Below, piece by piece: positions 51,525 through 63,589 of a stretch of 64,000 bases of DNA; the first letter of the stretch is position 1; each line of letters opens with the position of its first letter. The notes beneath the pieces are model-generated. The model saw only the letters and a list, made by a program, of their open reading frames with translations. It was not told where the DNA came from and searched no databases. A program made the position numbers and the translations under genes. This DNA comes from Cetorhinus maximus (lineage: Eukaryota): assembly GCF_964194155.1 (NCBI RefSeq), contig NC_135901.1, positions 20,274,001 to 20,338,000 on the forward strand, given 5' to 3'.

Positions 51525-54500
51525 AGGAGGAGTGGTGGCCTAGTGGCATTATCACTGGACTAGTAATCCAGAGACCCAGGGAAATGCCCAGGGACCATGG
51601 TTTAAATTTGAATTCAATAAATATCTGAATTAAAAGTCTAATGATGACCATGAAACTATTGTTGATTATTGTAAAAACCCATCTGGTTCTCTAAATGTCC
51701 GGAAGGAAATCTGCTGCCCTTACCGGGTCTGGTCTACATGTGACTCCAGAACCAATGTGGTTGACTGTTAAATGCCCTCAGAAATGGCCACTCAGTTGCA
51801 TCAAACCACTAAAAAGTCTAAAAGGAATGAAACCGGATGGACCACCCAGCATCAACCGAGGCACCGGAAATGACAATGGCAAACTCAGGCCTGTCGACCT
51901 CCTTATTAATAGATTGGAGCTAGTGCCAGAATTGGGAGAACTGACTCACAGGCTAACGCAGCAACAGCCTGACAGAGTCATACTCATGGAATCGTACCTT
52001 ACAGATAATGTCTCAGACACCACCGTCACCATCCCTGGATATGTCCTGTCCCACCGGCAGGAGAGACCCAGCAGAGGTGGCGGCACCATTGTATACAGTC
52101 GGGAGGAAGGAGCCCTGGGAGCCCAAAACCCATGGCATCAGGTCAAATATGGGCAAGGAAACCTCCTTCTGATTACCAGATACTGGCCCACCAACCCCAC
52201 CACCTCCCCGTCCGCCAGACCGCACCGACCCTCCCCCCCCCGGCCATCAGCTGTTGAATGAGTGCTCCTCCATGTTGAACACCACTTGGAGGAAGCACTG
52301 AGGGTGACAAGGGCGCAGAATGTACTCTGGGTGGGGGGACTTCAATGTCCATCACCAAGAGTGGCTTGGAAGTGCCACTACTGACCGAGCTGGACAAGTC
52401 CTCAAGGACATAGCTGCTCGACTGGGTCTGTTACAGGTGGTGAGGGAACCAACAAGAGAGATAAAATATACTTGACCTCATCCTCATCGATCTGCCTGTC
52501 GCAGATGCATCTGTCCATGACAGAATGGGTAGGAGTGATCACCGCACAGTCATTGTGGAGACGAAGTCCCACCTTCACATTGAGGATACCCTCCATTGTG
52601 GTGTATGGCACTATCACTGTGCTAAGTGGGATAGATTTTGAACAGATCTAGCAACTGAAGACTGGGCATCCATGAGGCACTGTGGGCCATCAGCAGCAGC
52701 AGAGTTGAACTCAACCACAATCTGTAACTTCATGGCCTGGCACATCCCCCACTCTACCATACCATCAAACCAAGGCATCAACCCTGGTTCAATGAAGAGT
52801 GCAGGAGCAGCACCAGCCATATCTAAAAATGAGGTGTCGACCTGGTGAAGCTATAATACAGGGCTACTTGCGTGCAAAACAGCATAAGCAGCAAGTGATT
52901 GACAGGGCTAAGTGACCCCACAACCAATGGATCAGATCTAAGCTCTGCAGTCCTGCCAAATCCAGTTGTGGATGGTGGTAGACAATTAAACAGCTCACTG
53001 GAAAAGGATCCACAAATTTCCCCACCCTAAATGATGAGGGAGCTCAGCACATCGGTGTAAAAGATAAGGCTGAAGCATTTGCAACAATCTTCAGCCAGAA
53101 GTGTTGAGTGGGTGATCTATCTCGGCCTCCTCTGGAGGTCCCCAGCATCACAAATGCTAGCCTTCAGCAAATTTGATTCACTCCACGTGATAGCAAGAAA
53201 TGGTTGAAGCCACTGGATACTGCAAAGGCTATGGGCCGTGACAATATTCTGGCAATAGTTCTGACGACTTGTGCCCCAGAACTTGCTGTGCCCCAAGACA
53301 AGCTGTTCCAGAACGGCTACAACACTGGCATCTACCCGGAAAAGTGGAAAATTGCTCGGGTATATCCTGTAGACAAAAAGCAAGCCAAATCCAACATGTC
53401 CCCATTAGTCTACGTTTGATCATTGGTAAAGTGATGGAAGGAGTCATCAAAAGAACTATCAAGTGGCACTTGCTTAGCAATAACCTGCTCACTGACGGTC
53501 AGGTTGTGTTCCACCAGGGTCACTGAGCTCCTGACCTCATTGTAGCCTTAGTCCAAACATGGACAAAAGAGCTGAACTCCAGAGGTGAGGTGAGAGTGAC
53601 TGCCCTTGACATCCACGCCACATTTGACAGAGCGTGGCATCAAGGAGCCCTAGCAAAACTGAAGTCAAAGGGAATCAGGGGGAAAACTCTCGGCTGGATG
53701 GGGTCAAACCTAGCACAAAGGAAGATATTTGTGATTGTTATAAGTCAGTCATCTCAGTTCTAGGACATCGCTGCAGGAGTTCCTCAGGGAAATGTCATCA
53801 GCCCAAACATCTTCAGCTGCTTCATCAATGACCTTCCTTCCATCATAAGGTGAGAAGTGGGGGTGTTCACTGATGATTGCACAATGTTCAGCACCATTCA
53901 TGACTCCTCAGATACTGAAGCAGTCCATGTCCAAATGCAGCATGACCTTGACAATATCTAGACTTGGGCTGATAAGTGGTAAGTAACATTTGCACCACAC
54001 AAGTGCCAAGTAATGACCATCTGCAACAAGAGAGAATCCAACCATCATCCCTTGACGTTCAGTGGAATTACCATCATTGAATCCCCCACTATCAATATCC
54101 TGGGGGTTACCATCGACCAGAAACTGAACTGGACTAGCCATATTAATCCTATGGCTATAAGAGGAGGTCAGAGGCTAGGAGCCCTTTGGCAGTAACTCAC
54201 GTCCTGACTCCCCAAAAGCTTCTCCACCATCTACAAGGCACAAGTCAGGAATGTGATGGAATACTCCCCACTTGCCTGGATGAGTGCTGCTCCCACAACA
54301 CTCAAGAAGCTTGACACCATCCAAGAGCAAGCAGCTGCTTGATTGAAGCCCCATCCATGAACATTCACTCCCTCCACTATCGAGGCACAATAGCAGCAGC
54401 GTGTGCCATCTGTAAGATGTACTGCAGGAACTCACCAAGCCTCCTTCGACAGCACCTCCAAAACCCACGACTGTGAGCATCTAGAAGGGCAAGGGCAGAA

Positions 54501-54760
54501 AAAAGATGGGAACACCACCACCTGGAATTTCCGCTCCAAGTCAGTCATCATCCTGACATGAAAATATATAACCGTTCCTTCCCTGTCGCTGGGTCAAAAT
54601 CCTGGAGCTCCCTTCCAAACAGCACTGTGGATGTACCTACACCCCAGGACTGCAATGGTTCAAGAAGGCAGCTCACCAGTACCTTCTCAAGATCAATTAG
54701 GGATGAGCAATAAAAGCTGGTCTATCCAGCGAAGTCCATATCCCATGAATGAATAATAAA
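51525..54760 (+). mobile_element. Apparently full-length (about 3.2 kb) decayed CR1-group LINE: tRNA-derived head plus a single APE-RT ORF
   Basis: A-box TGGCCTAGTGG near 51536; SINE-like body to about 51797; APE motifs (QQPDRVILMESYL, IPGY...RGGG, GDFNVHH); RT motifs (KAMGRDNI, GVPQG, FTDD); shared tail. Many stops and frameshifts. Confidence 0.88.
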
Positions 54761-55199
54761 GAAGCAACTAAGCATCCACGGGCATCTGTGACAGAGAATT
54801 CCAAAGATTCACAACACTTTCAGTGAAGAAATGTCTCCTCACCTCTCTCCTAAATGACTGACACATTATCTGGAGAATGTGAGCCCCGTTCTGGATGCTC
54901 CAACCAGGGAGAAAACAGCCTCTGAGCATGAACACTGTCAAACTGTGTCAGAATTTCAGTCTTTTCAATGATCTACCTCTCATTATTCTAAACTCCAGAG
55001 AAAACAGACTCATTTCGCTTAATCTCTCCCCCAATGACAACCGCCTCATCTCAGGAATCAGTCCAGTGAAACTTGGTTGTGCTCAGATAGCGAGTGAATA
55101 GAGGGAACAAAGAACAAAAGAGGGAAAAGAGAGACAGAGAGACTGTGGGTGTGAAAGAGACAGATGCAGAAATACAGAGACAAAGGGAGAAAGATTGTG

Positions 55200-55920
55200 A
55201 TAGAGAGTGGGGTAGACACTGAAAGTTACAGATACACTTCAACATTCCATCAGATTGTTAGATTGACAGACAGAAAGAAAGAAAAAACACACTTAGATTT
55301 ACACAGTAGAGAGTCAGGGAAAAGAGAGGAAAGAACGAATGGTTTTGCGATAGGATTGTTAAATGAAGCGATTAAGTGATAAAATGGATGATTCTGCAAG
55401 GAAAAATGGGTGATAATGAGACAAATAAATAAACTAATGGGACAAGAGAGGAACAAAATACAGGTCTAGGTATCAATTGTAACAGAAGAACCATTATCAA
55501 CACCTACTGTCTGAAAAATAGGAGTGGCGGTTCTGATCTGAAATTGTTGAAATGAGTGTTGAAGTTGTAAAGTGCCTGATCGACAGATGAGATTCTGTTC
55601 TCTGAGCTTCCAATGAGCTTCATTGGAATGGTGCAGGGGATCAAAGACAGAGAGGTCAGACCAGGAGCGGGACGGAGAATTAAAATGACAAATGACTGGA
55701 TGCTCAAAATCACGCTTGCAGACTGAATGGTGATGTTCCACAAAGCAGACAGCCAAACCTGGATTTAGTCCCCTCTATGTAGAGGTCACATCGTGAGCAG
55801 CAATTTCACAATACTAAATTGCAAGAAGTGTATCCCATGTCATCTGGAAAGTGCATTTGGGGCCCTGGAACTTGGGAAGGGAGGAGGGAGGAAGGGTGCT
55901 GCACCTACTGTGATTGTAGG
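55200..55920 (-). mobile_element. Penelope-like element 3' remnant (GIY-YIG endonuclease region)
   Basis: ORF 55466-55756, EH...SV...PV.CHFNSP...DLSV...KLREQNLI.R.GTLQ, typical of the PLE endonuclease C-terminus. Confidence 0.8.
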
Positions 55921-56164
55921 AAATTTACTGGAATGATGCCAGAACTGGCAGGTTATTCCTGCCAAGAAGGATTTAACGGGCTGAAAATGTTTTCCCTGGG
56001 AAAGAGAGTGAGGAATGACCTGATTGAGGCCTTTCAGATTACGAAAGGGTTTGACAGGCTAAACAAATGGAAGATGGTTCCATCTGTGGATAGACAAGAA
56101 TACATATAAGTTAGTCACCAATAAATCTAATGTGCAGTTTAGGAGCAATTCCTTTAACCAGGGA

Positions 56165-56400
56165 TAAAAACAGAAAATTCCAGAACCAAGTATTCATCAC
56201 ATCTGGCAGCATCTGTGGATTGTGAAATAGAGTTAATGTTTTGGGTCTGTATACTGATGCTCTGCAGTTCTGATGAAAGGTCATACACCTGAAATGTAAA
56301 CTGTGTTTCTCTCTCCACGGACACTATCAGATTTACTGACTACTTCCAGCGTTTTCTGTTTTTATTTCAGATGTGCAGCATCTGCTGTATTTTGCTTTAG
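56165..56400. mobile_element. Penelope-derived fold-back insert
   Basis: Inverted arms homologous to the 10648 and 32396 elements. Confidence 0.7.
56265..56303 (+). ncRNA. Minimal type I hammerhead ribozyme motif
   Basis: CAGTT-CTGATGA-A-AGGT(CATAC)ACCT-GAAA-T-GTA-AACTG: stem I CAGTT/AACTG, stem II AGGT/ACCT, both core boxes, GUA triplet. Confidence 0.6.
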
Positions 56401-56889
56401 GAGACTGCTGAGAATGTGGAATTCATCACCTGAAGAGTTTTAAAGCCCTGTCTGAGCTAGAAATTGATGGGTAAACCCCACTAGAAAAAGAATACTAACC
56501 AGCTGAAAGTGGAAATGGATTCACTCGGTCATCATATTACTGACACAACAGCACAGTCACACCAGAGAGAGATCATTCAGATACTTCACATGTGAGAAGG
56601 GATTTACTCCAATTCCCTATTTGTTAACATTCCAGCTTTAAAAGTTCAAAGGATTTCATCCACAATCGGTGCACTCTTACTGACAAGACAACGTTTAAAT
56701 ATTCTGTATATGAGGGTTTTAAAAAGATCACTTGTTCTTCCCACCTGCTAAGACTCCAATGAGTTCATGTCCAACTGTAGGGGTTTGTTCTGCTGTTAAT
56801 TTGCTTGACGTATCAATTGGTTTAATAATGTTATATCTTAACCCTATGGCTGCGATCGTCATCGGACCATAAAACACAATTTTCTAGTC

Positions 56890-56995
56890 AACAAAAACAG
56901 AAACAGAAATACCTGGAAAAACTCAGCAGGTCTGACAGCATCGGCGGAGAGGAGTACAGTTGACGTTTCGAGTCCTCATGACCCATCAACAGAAC
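56890..56995 (-). mobile_element. Penelope-derived arm with a variant hammerhead motif
   Basis: Minus strand GTT-CTGTTGA-TGGGTC(ATGAG)GACTC-GAAAC-GTC-AAC. Confidence 0.65.
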
Positions 56996-57009
56996 AGAAG
57001 TCAACAACA

Positions 57010-57340
57010 TCGCTTCTCAATGGCGGGTCTCTTACCCAGCATTCATGGCGGCAGAGAATATGCCCTATCCTCACAACAGGAGCAGTTTGCGCAAGCGCAA
57101 GTGGTTGGTTGTGAATGGAGTCTGCGCAGTGCATGTTCGGACGGGCTTATGCGCAGTGCGTGTTCGGACAGGCCCATGCGCAGTGTGGGTGCTGGAGCTG
57201 CAGGGAGGCGGAGATGTGGCCGAGTGTCGGTGGGTAATGGAGGCGGTGGAGAGGGTGGAGAGGCTTCAGAAACACCCGGCGGAGGAGACCTCAAACCCAG
57301 AATAAGAAACTATCGATCCCGCGGTTGCACCGACCTGGGT
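57010..57340 (+). promoter_or_regulatory. CpG-island promoter and exon 1 of ZF-10
   Basis: CpG-rich; TGCGCA repeated in a tandem unit of about 27 bp at 57120-57190; candidate donor GTGGGT near 57230. Confidence 0.55.
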
Positions 57341-57363
57341 GGTAATTGTAGCTTCTCTGTAAG

Positions 57364-57680
57364 TGGGAATGGTGGCTGGTGGTGATATCCGTGGATCAGT
57401 GACCCAGAGAAGCAGCCTAATGCTCGGGACAGGGGTTCAAATCCCACCGTGGCAGTTAGTGGAATTTTAAAATTAATTAATGAGATTTTTTCAATGATTA
57501 AAAGGGGGAAATCTGGAATGTAAGGTCAGTAATAGTGACCATGGCAGCGATTATCAATTGTTACAAAAACCGCAGTGGTTCTCTGACTGGAATTTGCCCT
57601 CCTTACCTGGTCTCCATGTGATTTCAGACCCACAGCAATGTGTTGCCCTCAGTTCAAGGGCAATTCGGGATAGGCAATCA
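57364..57680 (+). mobile_element. tRNA-derived SINE, same family as 27092, diverged
   Basis: GGTTCAAATCCCACC B-box and the cagttcaagggcaatt junction. Confidence 0.75.
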
Positions 57681-58027
57681 GTGACAATCACATTGGAGGG
57701 AAAAAATAAAGAAAAACACTTCAGACCGTGGAAAAAGGCAGCCATCTTTACAGGGGGAGTTGTGCAGCATCACTGTACCTGGCAACAGGAGAAGATGTGC
57801 ATTTCTATCCTGGACTGACAGTTATAGATATTGGAAACCTCTTTTAAAAGGGAAGGATTTACACACGGCGACCTGAAACCAAGAGAAATGTTTGTCTCTT
57901 TTGACTTTTTCTTTTACAGGATGTTAGAAGAGCAGGAGACGGAATTGGAGTGGAGACAGATAACTCAAACCAAGCATCATATCAGGATCTGACGCCAAAT
58001 TCACCGTAACCTGAATATCATTGGATT

Positions 58028-59239
58028 TTGAACATGGAATCAAAAAGCACCATTCACAGTGGACAGAAACCGTACATGTGTTCTGTGTGTGGACGAGGAT
58101 TCAGCCAATCATCTGGCCTGTTGAAACACAAATGTAGTCTCACTGGGGATAAACCGTGGAAATGTGGGGACTGTGGGAAGGGATTCAGATTCCGGTCTGA
58201 GCTGGAAACTCATCGGCGCAGTCACACTGGAGAGAGGCCTTTCATCTGCTCTGAGTGTGGGAAGGGATTCACTACTTCAGCCATCCTGCTGACACACCAG
58301 CGAGTTCACACTGGGGAGAGACCATTCACCTGCTCCAAGTGTGGGAAGGGATTCACTTGTTCATCCCACCTGCTGAAACACCAGTGGGTTCATACTGGGG
58401 AGAGGCCATTCACCTGCCATGTGTGTGGGAAGAGATTCACTACCTCATCCATCCTGCTGATACACCAGCGAGTTCACACTGGAGAGAGACCGTTCATCTG
58501 CTCCGAGTGTGGAAAGGGGTTCCCTACCTCATCCACCCTGCTGAAACACCAGCGAATTCACACTGGGGAGAGACCGTTCACCTGCACTGAGTGTGGAAAG
58601 GTATTCACTGATTCATCCGACTTGCTGAAACACCAGCGAATTCACAATGAGGAGAGGCCATTCACCTGCTCCGAGTGTGGGAAGGGATTCACTTGTTCAT
58701 CCCACCTGCTGAAACACCAGTGGGTTCATACTGGGGAGAGGCCATTCACCTGCCATGAGTGTGGGAAGGGATTCACTACCTCATCCATCCTGCTGATACA
58801 CCAGCGAGTTCACACTGGAGAGAGACCGTTCATCTGCTCCAAGTGTGGAAAGGGGTTCCCTACCTCATCCACCCTGCTGAAACACCAGCGAGGTCACACC
58901 GGGGAGAGGCCATTCACCTGCTCTGAGTGTGGGAAGGGATTCACTCAGTCATTCATTCTGCTAAAACACCAGCGAGTTCACACTGGGGAGAGGCCATTCA
59001 CCTGCTCCAGTTGTGGGAAGAGATTTACTGATTCATCGACCTTGCTGAGACACCAAAGAGTTCACACTGGAGAGAGGCCATTCACTTGCTCCATGTGTGG
59101 GAAGGAATTCACTCAGTCATCCAACCTGGTGAAACACCAGCGGGTTCACACTGGGGAGAGGCCGTTCATTTGCCCCAAGTGTGGGAAGGGATTTACTCAG
59201 TCATCTCACCTGCTGAAACACCAACAAGTTCACAAGTGA
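58028..59239 (+). CDS. C2H2 zinc-finger protein ZF-10 (13 intact fingers plus 1 degenerate; first ATG at 58034)
   Basis: Intact 403-codon frame; acceptor at 57919; different leader from the MEKPWK class. Confidence 0.92.
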   Translation: MNMESKSTIHSGQKPYMCSVCGRGFSQSSGLLKHKCSLTGDKPWKCGDCGKGFRFRSELETHRRSHTGERPFICSECGKGFTTSAILLTHQRVHTGERPFTCSKCGKGFTCSSHLLKHQWVHTGERPFTCHVCGKRFTTSSILLIHQRVHTGERPFICSECGKGFPTSSTLLKHQRIHTGERPFTCTECGKVFTDSSDLLKHQRIHNEERPFTCSECGKGFTCSSHLLKHQWVHTGERPFTCHECGKGFTTSSILLIHQRVHTGERPFICSKCGKGFPTSSTLLKHQRGHTGERPFTCSECGKGFTQSFILLKHQRVHTGERPFTCSSCGKRFTDSSTLLRHQRVHTGERPFTCSMCGKEFTQSSNLVKHQRVHTGERPFICPKCGKGFTQSSHLLKHQQVHK

Positions 59240-59639
59240 CTGCAGTGATTGGATTTTGCAGTCAATCACGGCCAGGACTGAACTATATTCATTGGTGTCT
59301 GTTTCTACTGGTGTTAATAAACCCCAGCCCAGTTAAAGGTTAATCTTGTGGATAATAGTTAAATAAATTAGCTTTGTGTTAAACACGCAGTATATTGACT
59401 TTTTTTAATATCTCTAACAGAGGTTGGTTCCTTTTGAAGGGCTCTTCCTCTCCCCTGTCTCTTCCATTCTCGTCCCCAACAAGTGAGGAGCTCATGAAGC
59501 CTCTTTGTCACCAACATTAAGACAACCTGATGAGCTGCCTCTGCGACTTTCCTCTCTTCTACTGGCTCCCCGGGCCAAACTGTCTCTAAAGCTTCCCCTT
59601 GTCTGAGCCCTGAACTCACATCTTTCTCCATCCAGCCTT

Positions 59640-60400
59640 CACACACACCAGTGAGTTCATACTGGAGAGAGAGAGTTTAAATGTTTAGACTGTGATAAGG
59701 GATTTAAAAACCCACATTCACTGTTGCAGCACCAGTGCATTCACTCTGGTTCCACTCCATTCAACTGCTCTCAGTGTGGGAAGAGGTTGAGGTGATTGTC
59801 TATCCTGCAGTAACACCAGTGAGTTCACAGTGGGGAGAGGTCATTCACCTGTTCCATGTGTAGGAAGGGATTCACTAATTCATTCAACCTGTTGACACCA
59901 GTGAGTTCACAATGATGGAAGATTTTTAAAATCTCTTGATTGTAGGAAGTGTTTTAAAGGTTCTGTGGAGCTGACGTGCCATCAACACGTTCACACTGAT
60001 GAGACCATTCAAGAGCTCCCACTGTGGGACTAGGCTCAGGTGATCATGTGAGCTCAGTGTCCATCAGTACACTCTCACTGGGGAGAGACCATTTGCCTGT
60101 TCTGTGTGACGGAAGGGATTCACTCAGTCATCCCACCTCACTACACATCAATATGCCCACATAGAAAAACCCTTCCAATGTTTTAATGGGTCTGCTGATA
60201 CACAAACACATACATATTGGTGTGAGGATGGTCATCTGCTCCTCAAGTGTGAAGAGATTCACTAATTCTTCTCACCTACTGACACACCAGCGAGTTCACA
60301 AGTGTCTGCAGGTATTGGATTCTGCTGCTATTGCTGCTGTTAATCACATCCAGGACTGAATCATGTTCATTCTGATTTTGGGGGTTTGTTTCTGCTGATT
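59640..60400 (+). pseudogene. Decayed zinc-finger array ZF-11
   Basis: About 8 broken fingers with stops, ending cgagttcacaagtg plus the family 3' UTR. Confidence 0.8.
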
Positions 60401-61289
60401 TAAATAATCCCTGTAACTTTGTTTTCATTCTGAAATGGGATGTGGGCGTTGCTGGCTTGGCCAGCCTTTATTGCCCTTGAGAAGGTAGTGGTGAGCCACC
60501 ATCTTGAACCGCTGCAGTCCATGTGGTGTTGGTACATCCACAGTGCTGTTAGGAAGGGCTTGAGTTTAATATTTTTGATACATATAAAATAAACACATTG
60601 TTGTAGATTTACGCACTTCCGACCTGACTTTAACATCAGCTGGCTGCAGCTCAGAAAGGACAATCTGGGAGAGGACCAGGAGTAGGGGAGCAGGAACAGA
60701 ACTTCAGCCTGGACACTGTCCTTCAGGATCACACTGAGAGGGACAAATGGCACTTTGGTCTTTTTCATCTCTCTTCACTGACAGCAAAACTCCCCATGGT
60801 TCAGAGCTCCTAGACACGGAACAGAAGGCTCCTTTACAAATGCGTTTCGAGTCAGGAAGAACAACGGTGAATGCTGGAAATGTGTTGTCAAATCAGAGAT
60901 TACTGTAAAACTGTGATCTGTTCCTGACTGAAAGTGAAACGGCAGGTTTAAATTTGCAGTCTGAAAATGACTGTGGTAATTATTCTTTGAAGATTTAATG
61001 CATTTGTGTGACAGTCCTGAATCTACGAATTTAAGGCTGGTTAAATCTACGTTTAAAACTAACCTATTTAAAATAGATCTGCAAAAGTCTGCATCACAAG
61101 AGCAGATGGTGGAGTTCAGAGCAGGAGCCTGTTAATTGCTGGCACATTTGATCTCCAGATAAAGAAGGATCTGCAGTGTGTTTCCAGGAATTCCCTGTTT
61201 TATTGATGTGTGTATATTAGACACCAGGAGAACTATAAATACACAACCCAGAACATCCACGGGGTCCAATCCCCACAGCTCCTCCCGCT

Positions 61290-61640
61290 GTGGAACACCA
61301 CCTCCAGCCCCGCCCCTCATTCACTCTCATTGGCTGAAGGACCAGCCGCTCTAGTCCCGCTCCCTCCTCCTATTGGTCAGGAGCTGCTGTCAATCACCCA
61401 GCCCGGAGCTGGAGCATGCGCAGTTGGGTATGAAGCCGGACTCAGGCGGTCGGGCGGAAATTGGCAGCGGGACAGAAGCTGCCGGGTGAGCGGGAGGATG
61501 GAGCCGGCGTCGGGGGTGAGATAGGCGGGTTCATAAACACTCGGTGTGGGCCCCAAACCCGACCATGAAGAACCTGGTGCCGGATTTTAACAGCTGCGGG
61601 GCTTCTCCCTCCCGGGAACAGGCCCAGGTTAACGGCCGCC
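61290..61640 (+). promoter_or_regulatory. CpG-island promoter and exon 1 of ZF-12
   Basis: GC box, two ATTGG boxes, GCATGCGCA (NRF1-like), GGCGGAAA, donor GTGAGC near 61486. Confidence 0.6.
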
Positions 61641-62450
61641 ATCCTGGGTCAGCGAGTGGAGGATGGTTCACATCAGAGGATGGGGGAGGGGGGACAATAA
61701 ATAAGAGGTTACACTTTGGGCTCAAATCAATGAGGATCTGATCTGTGGGAAGGAAGGAAACCCTGGGAGGTGGGCGGGGAGGATTCAGAAACACCCGCTG
61801 GAGGCCCCAAACCCCCAGTAAGACTCATTGATTTTATTGTCAGTCTGCAGACAGGAGCTGGAGAACTGAACCCAGGCAGAGGAGAGGGAGGGAGAAAACT
61901 GGGAGTGGAGGAAAGAGATGGTGAGATGGGTTTGGATTTCAGCCCAGGGACGAGGGAGAGTGTGTGGGATGGGGATTTACAGGTCTGGGGGAACAAGAGA
62001 GGAAAAAATGTTCCATAGAAACTAGAATTGTCTGTTCTGAATTTCTATCCTGGACTGACAGTGATGACTTTTGTAACATTTACAGGATATTAGAGGAGGA
62101 GGATTTACAGACGTGAGACTCAAACAGACATCACATCAAGGTCTGATTGATTGAATTACTTAATACATCAGGACCTGAATATCATCGGCCTTTGAATACG
62201 GAAGGAGAAATGTTTTTCTGTTCTGTCTGTGGGAAAAGATTTCAAACATCAGTGTGACTGGAAAAGCACTGAGACACACACACCCGAGTGAGAGTGTTCC
62301 AGTGCACTGACTGTGGAAAGAGCTTTAACCACTTACACAGCCTATAAAAACTACACACCACTCACATTGGGGAGAAACGATACACGTGTTGTGTGTGGAC
62401 AAGGCTTCAACTGATTGTCCAATTTGGAGTGACACAAGGACACTGACACC

Positions 62451-63125
62451 ATGGAGAAACCGTGGAACTGTGAGGACTGTGGTAAAGGATTTAATTATCC
62501 ATCCTTGCTGAAAAACCATCAACGCGTTCACACTCGGGAAAAACCATTTAACTGCTCTGTGTGTGGGAAGGCATTTACTCAGTTATCCTGCCTCCAGTCA
62601 CACCAACAAACTCACACTGAGGAGAGGCCGTTCAGCTGCTCTTCCTGTGGAAAGAGGTTCAGGTCTTCATCCAACCTCATTGCACACCAGCGAGTTCACA
62701 CTGGGGAGAGGCCATTTACCTGCTCTGTGTGTGGGAAGGGATTCAGTCGGTCCTCCCGTCTGCTGGAGCACCAACAAACTCACACAGAGGAGAGGCCGTT
62801 CAGCTGCACCAATTGTGGAAAGAGGTTCAGGTCTTCACCCAATCTCATTGCGCACCAGCGGGTTCACTCTGGGGAGAAACCGTTCACTTGCTCCGTGTGT
62901 GGGAAGGAATACACTCACTCATCCAACCTGCTGATACACCAGCGAACTCACACGGGTGAGAGGCCATTCATCTGCTCTGTGTGTGGGAAGGGATTCACTA
63001 AATCCTTCAACCTGGTGATACACCAACGCACTCACACTGGAGAGAGGCCATTCACCTGCTGTGTGTGTGGGAAAGGATTCACTCAGCCATCTAACCTGCT
63101 GACACATCAGCGAATTCATAAGTGA
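62451..63125 (+). CDS. C2H2 zinc-finger protein ZF-12 (8 fingers, 224 aa)
   Basis: Intact ORF of 8 x 28 aa; ACCATGG; acceptor at 62085. Confidence 0.92.
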   Translation: MEKPWNCEDCGKGFNYPSLLKNHQRVHTREKPFNCSVCGKAFTQLSCLQSHQQTHTEERPFSCSSCGKRFRSSSNLIAHQRVHTGERPFTCSVCGKGFSRSSRLLEHQQTHTEERPFSCTNCGKRFRSSPNLIAHQRVHSGEKPFTCSVCGKEYTHSSNLLIHQRTHTGERPFICSVCGKGFTKSFNLVIHQRTHTGERPFTCCVCGKGFTQPSNLLTHQRIHK

Positions 63126-63589
63126 CTGCAGGAGTTGGATTCTGCTGTTATTGCCCTTGGATCATGTCCGGGACTGATATTCTGACAATATTATGTTTAT
63201 TGATGTTAACAACTCTCATAACTGGCTGGAGTTTAATATTCTGGAGATGTCACTGGTTTTCGGGACTGCAGTGTCCTTTTTTAAAAGCACCATCTGTGAT
63301 CGTTCCCCTTAATTCAAGAACTCTCACCAGGAACTAATTTGCAGTAAAATTATGAACTTTTATTTCAATCCTAAATTGATCTTTAATGCAAAATCTACAG
63401 TTCAGTGTCCGAAAGGCTCCACTGATTAACAGCTCCGATTAGAAAGTGCTGATGAACCCTTGCTGACAATTCTTACTGACTTACACATTCTTCACAGTGA
63501 AACCTCCATTTTGAAATTAAATTAACAAGAAACATGAAACAAAACAGTAAAATATTTTACAGGCACATCAATAAAAGCTTCATCAATCA

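Noticed and set aside
2721-63119. Alternative-frame and antisense ORFs over finger arrays (GRDSL..., WEGIH... peptides)
   Set aside because: These are shadows of the 84-bp finger periodicity.
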